DNA of 64,000 nucleotides from an uncultured Methanosarcinaceae archaeon (GTDB taxonomy: Archaea > Halobacteriota > Methanosarcinia > Methanosarcinales > Methanosarcinaceae), in the NCBI GenBank assembly GCA_963847185.1, contig CAWJYV010000003.1, forward strand, positions 13,834 through 77,833, read 5' to 3'. Positions 32,510 through 42,030 of this stretch are shown one piece after another (positions within the stretch are counted from its first letter, which is position 1; every line of letters begins with the position of its first letter). Both the position numbers and the translations under genes were made by a program. Under the pieces are notes generated by a model. It had not been told where the DNA came from. It saw only the letters and a list, made by a program, of their open reading frames with translations, and searched no databases.

Positions 32510-32632
32510 AAAGCCGGTGGAGTGAAGATCAAAAGTAATTTTTCAGTTGCAGGCAGGGAGTTGCATATAAAGGCAACATGCTGACCGCAGGTATGGATAG
32601 AGACCTTATGAAATTTGCTCGCCAGCGGCTTT
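32510..32632 (+). ncRNA. Candidate structured RNA or leader upstream of the Lsm gene
   Basis: TATA-like TTATATAT at about 32468; closing stem AAAGCCG.TGG.. / ..CCA.CGGCTTT; internal hairpin GTTGC..GCAAC. Confidence 0.4.
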
Positions 32633-32701
32633 GGGATGAGGAATAGGAGCCCTAGAGTACAGGGAACCGCGAATTAGGAATAAATAAGCGAGGGTTTAAT
32701 T

Positions 32702-32926
32702 TTGTTCCCAAATAAAAAAGTTCAGAAAATTGTTGGATCAAGGATCCAGGTAGAAATGAAAGGCGATCTTAATCTGCTTGAAGGCACTCTTAAGAGTGTA
32801 GATGACTACATGAACCTACATCTTGTGGACACAATGGAAATTGTAAACGGAGAAAAAGTTCGTTCTCTTGGTTCTGTAGTGCTTCGAGGAAATAATATCA
32901 TACTGATCACTCCTGTAGAAGATTGA
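32702..32926 (+). CDS. Sm-like (Lsm/SmAP) protein
   Basis: Sm1 GTLKSVDDYMNLHL and Sm2 VVLRGNNII motifs; TTG start after GAGGG. Confidence 0.93.
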   Translation: MFPNKKVQKIVGSRIQVEMKGDLNLLEGTLKSVDDYMNLHLVDTMEIVNGEKVRSLGSVVLRGNNIILITPVED

Positions 32927-32958
32927 ACTTCACAAGGAAATTTTATTAGTGTGGAAGC

Positions 32959-33360
32959 ATGGATCTGGAAGAAGAAGCATATAATATTATAAGAAGACAT
33001 AAAGACGGCGTTTTCCAGAACGTTATCTGGAAAGAGCTGGACATAGACAGCAGGAAATGTTCCAGAATCATAAAAAAGCTTCTGGATAAAGATCTTATTA
33101 TCCGTGAGATTGCTGTTTCAAACGGGGCAAGAACATATCTCCTGAAAGCAAAAGAAGATGTCAAGGAGAAATATGACTTACTGCTCGCAGGAGAGATGTT
33201 TTCTTCGTGTACAGGATGTACCGGTGAGTGTGCACCTGAATATTGCGGAAGACTCAGCGAGTGGATAGGGAGCCTCATGGAAGAAGCCAGAAAATCGGAA
33301 GAAGCTTACGAAGCTGATGAAAATCTTGACTATGAGGAAGATGCTGAAGAAGAGATCTGA
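32959..33360 (+). CDS. Winged-helix + Cys-cluster protein, RPC34/TFE-beta-like
   Basis: GVFQNVIWKELDIDSRKCSRII wHTH, then CTGC...C..EYC..L.EW; adjacent to Lsm as in other archaea. Confidence 0.75.
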   Translation: MDLEEEAYNIIRRHKDGVFQNVIWKELDIDSRKCSRIIKKLLDKDLIIREIAVSNGARTYLLKAKEDVKEKYDLLLAGEMFSSCTGCTGECAPEYCGRLSEWIGSLMEEARKSEEAYEADENLDYEEDAEEEI

Positions 33361-33501
33361 AAAGTCTCTAATTAGAAGGAATCTTTAACAGAATATAAAG
33401 TATATATGCTTGGAAAGGCAGGTCATCGATAACTATATATAGAAGGAGCCCTTATTGAAGATCCCCTTCAATAAGGGAAAACGCCTAATAATACCCAAAA
33501 A

Positions 33502-33576
33502 GCTCCGGTGGTGTAGCTCGGCCAATCATTCCGGCCTTTCGAGCCGAAGACTCGGGTTCGAATCCCGACCGGAGCA
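33502..33576 (+). tRNA. tRNA-Glu (TTC)
   Basis: Cloverleaf GCTCCGG..CCGGAGC, anticodon loop CTTTCGA, T loop TTCGAAT; CCA not encoded. Confidence 0.97.
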
Positions 33577-33956
33577 CTACACTCATTTTTCTCGACTAAT
33601 GGGCTGAATTAATTTCTTTAATTTTCTTTTAAAGCATTTTCTACAGAGAAATGTGCTGCAAAATACTTTATTAGAGTTGAATTTTCAAGATTTTATTGTT
33701 TTCAGGATCTGGCTCAGGGCGCATTTTCTTGGTTTCCTTATTTTGACCCCTATTTTTGTAATATATTTTTCAATCTCCTGAAAAGGAACTTTTACTGCAG
33801 GTTGCGTCATAAGCTTATAAAGACAGAAAGGGAAGAAACTTTTAAATCATATATATAAAGTTTTATCTGCTTAACACAATCCCTAAAAAGAACTCTCCAG
33901 GGGACAGATTTATATATAACTGAGTCTATTGAAGGTTTCGCTGTGAGGTGCAAAGT

Positions 33957-34034
33957 GCTCCGGTGGTGTAGCTCGGCCAATCATTCCGGCCTTTCGAGCC
34001 GAAGACTCGGGTTCGAATCCCGACCGGAGCACCA
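33957..34034 (+). tRNA. tRNA-Glu (TTC), identical second copy with encoded CCA
   Basis: Same 75 nt followed by CCA; own TATA box at about 33910. Confidence 0.97.
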
Positions 34035-34189
34035 TAACAATTTATTTATGATAATTATCTATCAACTTCTTCCATATTTTATTTTAACTAGTTTTTTGTA
34101 ACATTTTTTTTGAGAAGTGAAAACACATTACTGAATATTTTCTTTCTTGATTTCTGAATTTTTGATATTTTGCTGGTTTCCTTAAGGTT

Positions 34190-35110
34190 TCAGTTTTTTT
34201 TCAGGATACGATGGTGAAATGCCTTAATCTCCTCAATTTTTTCCAGATTCTGTTCTTCATCAAACACGTGTGCAGTGCTTAGAGGCTCAAGCTCTGCCTC
34301 TGCTGCCTGGCATACAGCTTTCAGCCCCTGCTCCCTGGCAAGAACCCTTAAAGTTTCCAGAGACCATACAGTCTGAACGAGTGAGATTTTCATACCGTAC
34401 TGAGAAACTGCTTTGCCCAGATTTCCAAGTACCTGAATTATAACCTTAGCGTGAAGCTCATCTTTTTTCCTTAGAGCAGTATTTCCCAGATCTTCAAGGA
34501 GGAGTGCAGCCTCAGTTGTGCTCTTCTCAATTTTCTGCTCGGCTGAAGAAATTCCTATCTCCCCAAGCAGACCTATAGCATCAGATCCCGTTCCAGAGAG
34601 GTTTTTGTCCAGAGCTTTTACGGCAAGCTGCATAAGGTAGACTTCGGCAAGGCTTACCATAGTTTCCATTTTCCTTCTCGATGAAACCTTCCCGCAGTTT
34701 CCGAGCGATTCGGCTGCACCTTTTGATGCCGAACCGAGACCTTTTGTTGCAAAGTCAAGAGCAAGGCTGCCAAGTACGGATAAAGCCTTTACGGCAAGGG
34801 ACTCCCTTTCGTTATCTGCAGCTTCAATCGTCACAAGTTCAAGAGCACGACTTGAAGCCAGACATGCAGGTTCCATTCCTTTTTCAGCAGCTATCCTGCC
34901 TATGTCCCCTGTGGCTATCAACAGGGCTTTCGCATCAAGCTCATTTTCAGCAGTAACTTCCTTGTTGATTCGCCTGATTGTAAAATCCTTTAGTTTGTCA
35001 ATAGCTTCCGAGGTTCCTTTTGAATCCTCGTCATATGCTTTTTTAAACCCCTCTTCAATTGCCCTTACCTCAGCAAGATCACTTTCATCCGAAAACATAG
35101 CATACTCCAA
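34190..35110 (-). CDS. Hypothetical alpha-helical repeat protein
   Basis: Repeated L..LG..A helical pattern; start uncertain (TTG 35110 or ATG 35098). Confidence 0.8.
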   Translation of the reverse strand: MEYAMFSDESDLAEVRAIEEGFKKAYDEDSKGTSEAIDKLKDFTIRRINKEVTAENELDAKALLIATGDIGRIAAEKGMEPACLASSRALELVTIEAADNERESLAVKALSVLGSLALDFATKGLGSASKGAAESLGNCGKVSSRRKMETMVSLAEVYLMQLAVKALDKNLSGTGSDAIGLLGEIGISSAEQKIEKSTTEAALLLEDLGNTALRKKDELHAKVIIQVLGNLGKAVSQYGMKISLVQTVWSLETLRVLAREQGLKAVCQAAEAELEPLSTAHVFDEEQNLEKIEEIKAFHHRILKKN

Positions 35111-35290
35111 ATAATTTCTTTTAATCCCGGATTAATCTGGGATAATCCTCATATATAATTCCCATTTAATCCTATGCTCTCTCCCCAGATCAGTTTTCCT
35201 ATTGATCATGTCTGGAGCTGCTTTTTGATTCTGTATCCTCCAGGGTAAAACCTTCAAAAAATAGAAAACATGAATTATGAAAAGGTAAAG

Positions 35291-35338
35291 TATATATATC
35301 AATGTACATTATTATGCTCTATTGTACTATAGTGTAGA
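35291..35338 (+). promoter_or_regulatory. TATA box followed by TRP-box-like repeats
   Basis: TATATATA 35291-35298; TGTACA 35303, TGTACT 35323 and TGTAGA 35333, in 10-bp phase. Confidence 0.55.
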
Positions 35339-35405
35339 ATGAAAATATTATCATTATGATCAAAGGAAAATTTCCGAAAAAAATGAATACAGGAAACGGG
35401 TTTTA

Positions 35406-35930
35406 ATGAAATCTCAGGATATTGCTATCGTTGGAATTTTACTCGCTGTCGGCGCAATAGTGCGCTACTTATCCCTGGTAATCCCGGGCCCGATCGTCTC
35501 TAATCTCGTAATAGCCTTTTATAGTCTTGCCATTATTCTTGTAATACCCACATTAACAGAAGTAATAGGAATCGGGATTGTAGCAGGCATAGTCTGTGCC
35601 CTGCTAAGTCATTCCATATTCCCGCCTGCAAACCTTATCAGTGAACCTGTAGGTGCGATTGCATGTCTCTTGACCTATAAAACCCTCAGGAGTAAACTTT
35701 CCCTTGCTCCTGCTCTTTCAACCCTCATAAGTACTCTGACAAGCGGCATAACTTTTGTAATTGTTGCAATGGCTCTGGTTGCTCCTGCAATCCTCTCCAA
35801 GTTCGCGACAATGGGCGCTTTCGTAGCTGCTATTATTCCCATTGTAGTACTAACCGCTGTCGCAAACGCTGTTATTGTCCAGATACTATATATTCCTGCC
35901 TCAAAAGTGCTTGCCCGAGGAAAAGCATGA
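35406..35930 (+). CDS. ECF transporter S component (TrpP-like)
   Basis: Hydrophobic 174 aa; ILLAVGAI and ANLISEPVGA motifs; operon with the A and T subunits. Confidence 0.8.
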   Translation: MKSQDIAIVGILLAVGAIVRYLSLVIPGPIVSNLVIAFYSLAIILVIPTLTEVIGIGIVAGIVCALLSHSIFPPANLISEPVGAIACLLTYKTLRSKLSLAPALSTLISTLTSGITFVIVAMALVAPAILSKFATMGAFVAAIIPIVVLTAVANAVIVQILYIPASKVLARGKA

Positions 35931-37444
35931 TTGAACTCAGAGATTTCTCTTACACTTACGGCGTAGTCGAAAACCCTGCTCTGGAAAATATCAATTTAGA
36001 TGTTCGGAAAGGAGAATTGCTTCTGGTAACAGGGCACAGTGCAGCTGGAAAAACTACGCTTGCCCTTGCACTGGCAGGAATCCTGCACCATGAGATAGGG
36101 GGCAAAGTCGAAGGAGAAATTCTCTTTAAAAATAGAAATATCAGAGATTTTGACGGCATGAGGGAGTTGAGCAGGCATATAGGGATGGTTTTTGACGATG
36201 CCGAATCCCAGCTGATCTTTACAAGTGTTGAAGAAGAAATCCGTTCAGGCTTAGAGAACCGAGGTCATCCCGAAAAAGAAATTGTGCGCAGACTGGAAGA
36301 AGTAATGGAATTCTGTGAAATCAGGCACCTGAAGAAAAGGGCTCCTCATACCCTTTCCGGAGGGCAGAAACAAAAAGTAGCCCTTGCAGCTACCCTTGCC
36401 CTTGACACTGAAGTCCTGATCCTTGATGAAGCTACGGCCGAGCTGGACTCAAAAGCCGTAAAGAGAGTCTTTTCCGTTCTGAAGCGGTTAAAAGAGGCTG
36501 GAAAGACCATAATAATTGTAGACCACAATATAGAGGATTTTCTGGGAATAGGAGACAGAGTCATACTACTTGAAAAGGGCAAAGTAAAAGCCATAAAAAG
36601 CCCGGCTGATTTTACAGACTTTTCTCCTGCCTCAGATATTTCAGGGCCTGAGCCTCCCAGACAATTCCCAACCACAGCTCAAGATAACGATAACAATAAT
36701 GGTAAACTTAAGTTATTACAGCAGAAAAGCCAGCCTGTCATTTCCGTAAAGAAACTCACACAGCGTTACGGAGAAGTCATCGCACTTGACGGTATAGACC
36801 TTGAGATATATCCTGGGGAGCTTGTTGCCATTCTGGGAGAAAATGGTTCAGGCAAGACAACCCTTGTTAAGCATTTCAATGGCCTTCTGCGCCCTTACTC
36901 CGGAAACGTAACTTTAAAAGGGCTGGAGACGTCAAAAACTCCTATAAATGAACTTGTAAAACACACAGGATTGGTTTTCCAGAACCCGGACAACATGCTC
37001 TTTGAAGATACGGTCGAGGCTGAAATTACATTCGGACTGAACAATATTGGCATAAATGGTTCTGAAGCATCGGAGGCAATCATTCGTTCCCTTGAGCTTG
37101 TAAACCTGAGTAAACAGCAGAAAGTTTTTCCCCGCCATCTGAGTCGGGGAGAAAGACAGAGGCTGGCTGTCGCCTGTGTGATTGCTATGAGGCCTGAATT
37201 GATTATACTCGATGAGCCTACAACAGGCCTTGACGCAGAAGAATCGGACAGAATGATGCTCCTTATGCGAAAACTCCAGCAGGAAGGGCATACGATAGTC
37301 ATGGTGACTCACAACCTGCAGCTCGTAAAAGACCATGCAGAGAGGGTTATTCGCATGGAGGCAGGAAAAATTGTGGAAGATAAGGCAAACATAGGATGTG
37401 CGGGTAAAGAATTTAGTAAATGTATCGGAGGTGCTTGTGCATGA
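35927..37444 (+). CDS. ECF transporter fused double ATPase
   Basis: Two ABC domains (GHSAAGKTT/LSGGQ; GENGSGKTT/LSRGE). Confidence 0.93.
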   Translation: MIELRDFSYTYGVVENPALENINLDVRKGELLLVTGHSAAGKTTLALALAGILHHEIGGKVEGEILFKNRNIRDFDGMRELSRHIGMVFDDAESQLIFTSVEEEIRSGLENRGHPEKEIVRRLEEVMEFCEIRHLKKRAPHTLSGGQKQKVALAATLALDTEVLILDEATAELDSKAVKRVFSVLKRLKEAGKTIIIVDHNIEDFLGIGDRVILLEKGKVKAIKSPADFTDFSPASDISGPEPPRQFPTTAQDNDNNNGKLKLLQQKSQPVISVKKLTQRYGEVIALDGIDLEIYPGELVAILGENGSGKTTLVKHFNGLLRPYSGNVTLKGLETSKTPINELVKHTGLVFQNPDNMLFEDTVEAEITFGLNNIGINGSEASEAIIRSLELVNLSKQQKVFPRHLSRGERQRLAVACVIAMRPELIILDEPTTGLDAEESDRMMLLMRKLQQEGHTIVMVTHNLQLVKDHAERVIRMEAGKIVEDKANIGCAGKEFSKCIGGACA

Positions 37445-38226
37445 AAGAAATTATGCAATACACTAATATAGACAGCTTTTTACACAGGATGAATCCGCTT
37501 TCCAAAATTGCGGCTGTTGCAGGAATTATATTTCTGAGCGTCTTTACAACAAACTCTGCAGTCCTTACCTTGATGGTGCTTGCAATTTTCCTTGCAGCCC
37601 TTAAAGCCGGACTCCAGCAAGAACTGATCAAACAGCTCAAGCTTCTGGTATTTCTGAGTCTGAGCCTGATTTTGCTTACTATATTTACGCTGAAAAGCGG
37701 AGAAACTATTGCATACCTCATTCCGCCCGGAATTTTTACAGCCAGCGGAATCATCCCTGTTACAACAGGAGCACTGGATTTTGGAGTTGTGCTTTCCCTG
37801 CGTTTTTTTGCAATGCTTTTTGCCTTCCAGCTCCTTGTGATTACTACGAAGCCCAGCGACCTTATGAAAGCCCTCCTGGCAATCCATATCCCTGTGGACT
37901 ATGTACTCATGTTCGTAATCGCTCTTCGCTTTATCCCAAGCTTGCAAATTGAAGGTCAGCGCATCCATGAAGCTCAGCTTGCAAGAGGTTACAACCCCGG
38001 AAAAGGCCTCCGTGGGAAAATCAGGAGTGTAAAACCTCTCCTTGTCCCTCTGGTAGCAAACTCCCTTGGAAGAACTCAGGTGCTGGGTCTTACAATGGAC
38101 ATGAGAGGGTACAGGAGCAGGCACAGTGTAGAAAGCAGCCGACTTGTCTGGAGCAGGATGGATATTGCTGCTGTGGGCTGTGTAGCTCTTATGGGGGCAG
38201 GAATCATTATGGGCAGTTTTATGTAA
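37441..38226 (+). CDS. ECF transporter transmembrane T component
   Basis: SFLHRMNPLSK, ALRFIP, AQLARG and MDMRGY motifs; ATGA overlap. Confidence 0.92.
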   Translation: MKEIMQYTNIDSFLHRMNPLSKIAAVAGIIFLSVFTTNSAVLTLMVLAIFLAALKAGLQQELIKQLKLLVFLSLSLILLTIFTLKSGETIAYLIPPGIFTASGIIPVTTGALDFGVVLSLRFFAMLFAFQLLVITTKPSDLMKALLAIHIPVDYVLMFVIALRFIPSLQIEGQRIHEAQLARGYNPGKGLRGKIRSVKPLLVPLVANSLGRTQVLGLTMDMRGYRSRHSVESSRLVWSRMDIAAVGCVALMGAGIIMGSFM

Positions 38227-38346
38227 TGCTGCTACAGTGATTTATCCTTTTATATCTCATCTTTAAATCCCCTCTCCTCTCTCAAAATCCTTCTATCATA
38301 AACACAGATTATTCCCTACTGCTTTTTTAGATAATACTCTTTCTGC

Positions 38347-38406
38347 TTTATCGTTTATTCCTTTGTTTTATCGTTTATTTCTTTGTTTTATCGTTTACTC
38401 CTTTTA
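38347..38406. repeat. Tandem repeat, 3 x 20 bp
   Basis: Unit YTTTATCGTTTAYTYCTTTK. Confidence 0.8.
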
Positions 38407-38642
38407 CTTTATGTTTTTCTTATCGTGAATAGTAGAATTATTTCTGCAAGTTACCCCCTCAAAAGAATAAATATTTTTAGCATCTATATTCTCATAAATA
38501 TATCTAAAGACAGACTAATTAGCTTAATATACTTCAAAATTAAATATTACTTATACAATAAATTAATTTTTAACATTATCAATTTAATTGTTGATTAAAA
38601 CCAGCTTGATTTTGAAAATTGTTTTTAAAAATGGGGAATTAT

Positions 38643-41600
38643 ATGCGAATAATGAACTCTATACTTTTAAGCTTGACAGTTTTCCTCCTGATTGCTGCAA
38701 GCGTGTCTGTTGTCTCGGCTAACACACTTTGCGTCAGTTCGGAAATCCGCGAAGATAATTACACGAACATCCGGGAAGCTCTGGAACACGCCCACAACGG
38801 GGATAAGATCCTGGTTTATCCAGGAAATTATACCGAAAATGTGGTTGTAAATCTGACGGATATATGCATACTATCTGCCAGCGGAAAAGCTGCAGATACT
38901 ATTGTTCAGGCTGCAGATGCAAACGAAAGCGTATTTTACGTTTCAGCAGATGGCGTTAAAATAGGGGGGCTTACAATACAGGGGTCAGACAGGGCAGGTA
39001 TAGAACTGAACTCTTCTGACGGCCATATGATCCTGAGCAACACAATTACGGGAAATTTGGCTGGAATCCTTCTGAATTTCTCAAGTAAAGACACAATATA
39101 TCGCAATAATCTTGAAGAGAATTTCGTTGGAGTGGGAGTGCAAGCCTCGGATGATAGCATGGTAGCAGAAAATATGCTTAAAAACAATTTCGCGGCGACT
39201 ATGCTTTATTCTGGTGCAAAAAACTGCTTTTCTAAAAATACCTTGAATGATAACTCACTCGGACTCATACTGTATGACTCTGAAGATAACGAAGTCACAG
39301 GAAACACCATACGTAACAGTGAAGAAGGGTTCATTCTGGCTTCAAGCGAATATAATAGCTTTTCCAGAAATATAATTACAGACACTTTAACCGGCTTCAC
39401 ACTTCAAGAGTCGGAAAATAATGATTTTACCGAAAATGCTGTACATTCTCCTGAGACTGCAGTAATGGTGAATTCGAGTTCAGACAACTGTTTCTCCAGA
39501 AATGTATTTACAGGGGCTTCTGAAAAACCCTTACTCAGCGAATCGGGAAATGAAAAAATCTCAGAAACACTTGCAGAGACTTCTGAAAACCCCTTACTTA
39601 ACATATTAAAAGGTGGAAACAGCTCGGAAATATTTGCAGAAAATTCTGAAAGGCTCTTACTCCACGAATCGGAAAACGAGAGTGTCTTAGAAAGTAAAAG
39701 AAGTTACGCTGGGGTTGCAGTAATGGTCGACTCAAGTGAAAGGAATAATTTTCATGAAAACACCTTCACAAATAATTCAGTAGGATGCATATTAAAGCAG
39801 ACCCAAAATAATGAATTTGCAGATAATTGCCTTGAAGACGGTGAAGTAGGCGTTATTCTGTTCTTAAGTAAAAATAACCTCATCACTTCAAATACTCTTA
39901 CAAATATGGAGTACGGATTTATCCTAGAAGCATCTGAAAATAATGAGTTTGCAAGAAATGAGGTCGATCAGAGCGAAATTGCACTGAGGATGGAATCGGG
40001 AAATAACAACAAGATCTCAGAAAACAAGTTTATAAACAATATCGCAGGAGTACTTACCGCAGAATGCGAAAATAATGAATTTTCTGAAAATGCCATGTCC
40101 AATGGAATGTATGCAATGATGATTTTTGAAAGCAATAACAGTACCATATCAGAAAACGAGTTTTCCAATAATTTTGTAGGCGTAATAGCAGGGGGAGCTA
40201 ATGAAACCACCTTCATTAAAAATAACATCTCAATTAATCTTTTAAACTCAACCCCTAAGGATTCTTCTAATTGTTTATTATACAACTCTTATTTAGGAGA
40301 TAACACAACTCTTGACCGAGATGAGCTCTTTGAAAATGTTCTCTTGAAGCAAAATGAGTTTCTTGAAGAAGATGATCTTTCTACAAATGATTTATTAGTG
40401 AAGAAAGTATTATTGAATACCAATCAACTGTTTGAAAGAGAAGAACCACTTGGCGAGAGCTGGAATTTCGGGGTAGTCCTAGAAAGTTCCAATAATAGCT
40501 CTCTGGAAGGAAACAGAATATCTGATAATTATTGCGGATTATTGCTTGCAGAAACTCAAAACAGCACACTTTCCGGAAACTGGCTGGAAAACAATAATTT
40601 CGGGCTTATTCTCTATAACTCAAGTGAAAGCCTTGTCTATAACAATTATCTCAACAATACAAACAACACAGCTTTTGAAATTGAAAATATTGTTAGTACC
40701 ATAATACAGGACCCGGAAAACAATCCGGATTGTATATGGAACATAAGCAAAACAGAAGGATTAAACATTGTGGGTGGGCCTTATCTTGGTGGGAACTTCT
40801 GGGCAAAACCTGATGGTACCGGTTTTTCACAGACCCATCTGGATACAGACAAAGACGGGATTTGCGATTTACAGTATAACATAACAGAAGACGGGTTTAA
40901 CATTGATTTCTTACCTCTTTCGGACGCTCCGGGAAAAGAAGTTGAATGCGAAGGCAATGATGAAGAAAAATATAACTCTGAAGAAAGCTCCGGAGGAAGC
41001 TCTCAACAGTACCTTCCTGATTCATCAAGCAACACGGAACATTCTGACTCCTCTCAGCAAAAGGTGAATGCAGGTACCGAGGTTAAATTCACTTTCCGTG
41101 AACCAAAGAATGATATTTCCAGAGTCAGCTTTAAATCCAGTAAATATTCAGGACTTGTTGGGATAAGAATTGGAACAGCCGATTTGAACGAAACGGAAGG
41201 CATTGAAGAAACCGGCAGCAAAGCCTACAGGTATGTTGAAATCCTTGTTGGAAACAAAGCTTTTGAGAGTTCGGACAATATCGCAAACGGGAATATCGAA
41301 TTCAGAGTAACCAGAAGCTGGATGACGGAAAACGACATAAACCCCGAGACAATCAGCCTGAACCGCCTGGAAGACAAAGGATGGAAACAGCTTGAAACAG
41401 AAAATACCGGGAAAGATGGAGATTACTATTACTTCAGGACTCAAACTCCGGGCTTCTCCTGTTTTGCAATAACGGGAGAACAGTACACAGGAAAAGGCTC
41501 CTCAGAGCAGAAGAGTGAGAGCTCAGAAGAAATTCTAACAGGTGAAGCAGAAGATCTAACAGGTGAAGCAGCAAAAGAGCAGGCAAATACCGAAGAAAAA

Positions 41601-41678
41601 GAAAAAGCTCCAGGCTTTGGAATAATTCTTTCGGGCTCAGGTGGATTACTTGCACGGGCCTGCTTTAAACGCAGATAA
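38643..41678 (+). CDS. Large cell-surface glycoprotein (NosD/CASH beta-helix, PGF-pre-PGF domain, PGF-CTERM-like tail)
   Basis: Signal peptide, Asn repeats, GGPYLGGNFW, TPGFSCFAI and KAPGF..KRR. Confidence 0.9.
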   Translation: MRIMNSILLSLTVFLLIAASVSVVSANTLCVSSEIREDNYTNIREALEHAHNGDKILVYPGNYTENVVVNLTDICILSASGKAADTIVQAADANESVFYVSADGVKIGGLTIQGSDRAGIELNSSDGHMILSNTITGNLAGILLNFSSKDTIYRNNLEENFVGVGVQASDDSMVAENMLKNNFAATMLYSGAKNCFSKNTLNDNSLGLILYDSEDNEVTGNTIRNSEEGFILASSEYNSFSRNIITDTLTGFTLQESENNDFTENAVHSPETAVMVNSSSDNCFSRNVFTGASEKPLLSESGNEKISETLAETSENPLLNILKGGNSSEIFAENSERLLLHESENESVLESKRSYAGVAVMVDSSERNNFHENTFTNNSVGCILKQTQNNEFADNCLEDGEVGVILFLSKNNLITSNTLTNMEYGFILEASENNEFARNEVDQSEIALRMESGNNNKISENKFINNIAGVLTAECENNEFSENAMSNGMYAMMIFESNNSTISENEFSNNFVGVIAGGANETTFIKNNISINLLNSTPKDSSNCLLYNSYLGDNTTLDRDELFENVLLKQNEFLEEDDLSTNDLLVKKVLLNTNQLFEREEPLGESWNFGVVLESSNNSSLEGNRISDNYCGLLLAETQNSTLSGNWLENNNFGLILYNSSESLVYNNYLNNTNNTAFEIENIVSTIIQDPENNPDCIWNISKTEGLNIVGGPYLGGNFWAKPDGTGFSQTHLDTDKDGICDLQYNITEDGFNIDFLPLSDAPGKEVECEGNDEEKYNSEESSGGSSQQYLPDSSSNTEHSDSSQQKVNAGTEVKFTFREPKNDISRVSFKSSKYSGLVGIRIGTADLNETEGIEETGSKAYRYVEILVGNKAFESSDNIANGNIEFRVTRSWMTENDINPETISLNRLEDKGWKQLETENTGKDGDYYYFRTQTPGFSCFAITGEQYTGKGSSEQKSESSEEILTGEAEDLTGEAAKEQANTEEKEKAPGFGIILSGSGGLLARACFKRR

Positions 41679-41722
41679 AATGGATTTTAAAGAAAGGAGC
41701 TATAAAAAGCACTTCTGGATGA

Positions 41723-41742
41723 AAGGGGACCTTCAGTCCCCT
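41723..41742 (+). terminator. Hairpin followed by a T-tract after the surface protein gene
   Basis: AGGGGAC-CTTCA-GTCCCCT then ACTTTTT. Confidence 0.55.
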
Positions 41743-41764
41743 AACTTTTTAAATCAATTCTTTC

Positions 41765-41892
41765 TGAAATTTCTTCCTTCTCCTTCTGAAACTACTTCTC
41801 CCAGAACTACTTCCTTCTAAAGCGATTTCCTTTTGAAATTACCTCCTCTTGAAATTACTTTTCTTGAAGTTACTTCCTTTGATGTGACTTTT
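41765..41892. repeat. Degenerate tandem repeat, unit about 15-17 bp
   Basis: About 8 variants of TGAAATTACTTCCTT. Confidence 0.65.
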
Positions 41893-41898
41893 TAGATA

Positions 41899-42030
41899 GA
41901 GCTGATCCCAAAACTCAAGAACTACTTCTTTGAATCTTGGTTTCAAAATAATCACTCGAGCTACTGATCTAGAAAGTAGTTATGAAACTCCTATGGATAT
42001 GGGAACAAAAATGAATTTTGGGATAGGCTC
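41899..42030. mobile_element. MITE family C copy (132 bp)
   Basis: GAGCTGATCCCAAAA..TTTTGGGATAGGCTC. Confidence 0.75.
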
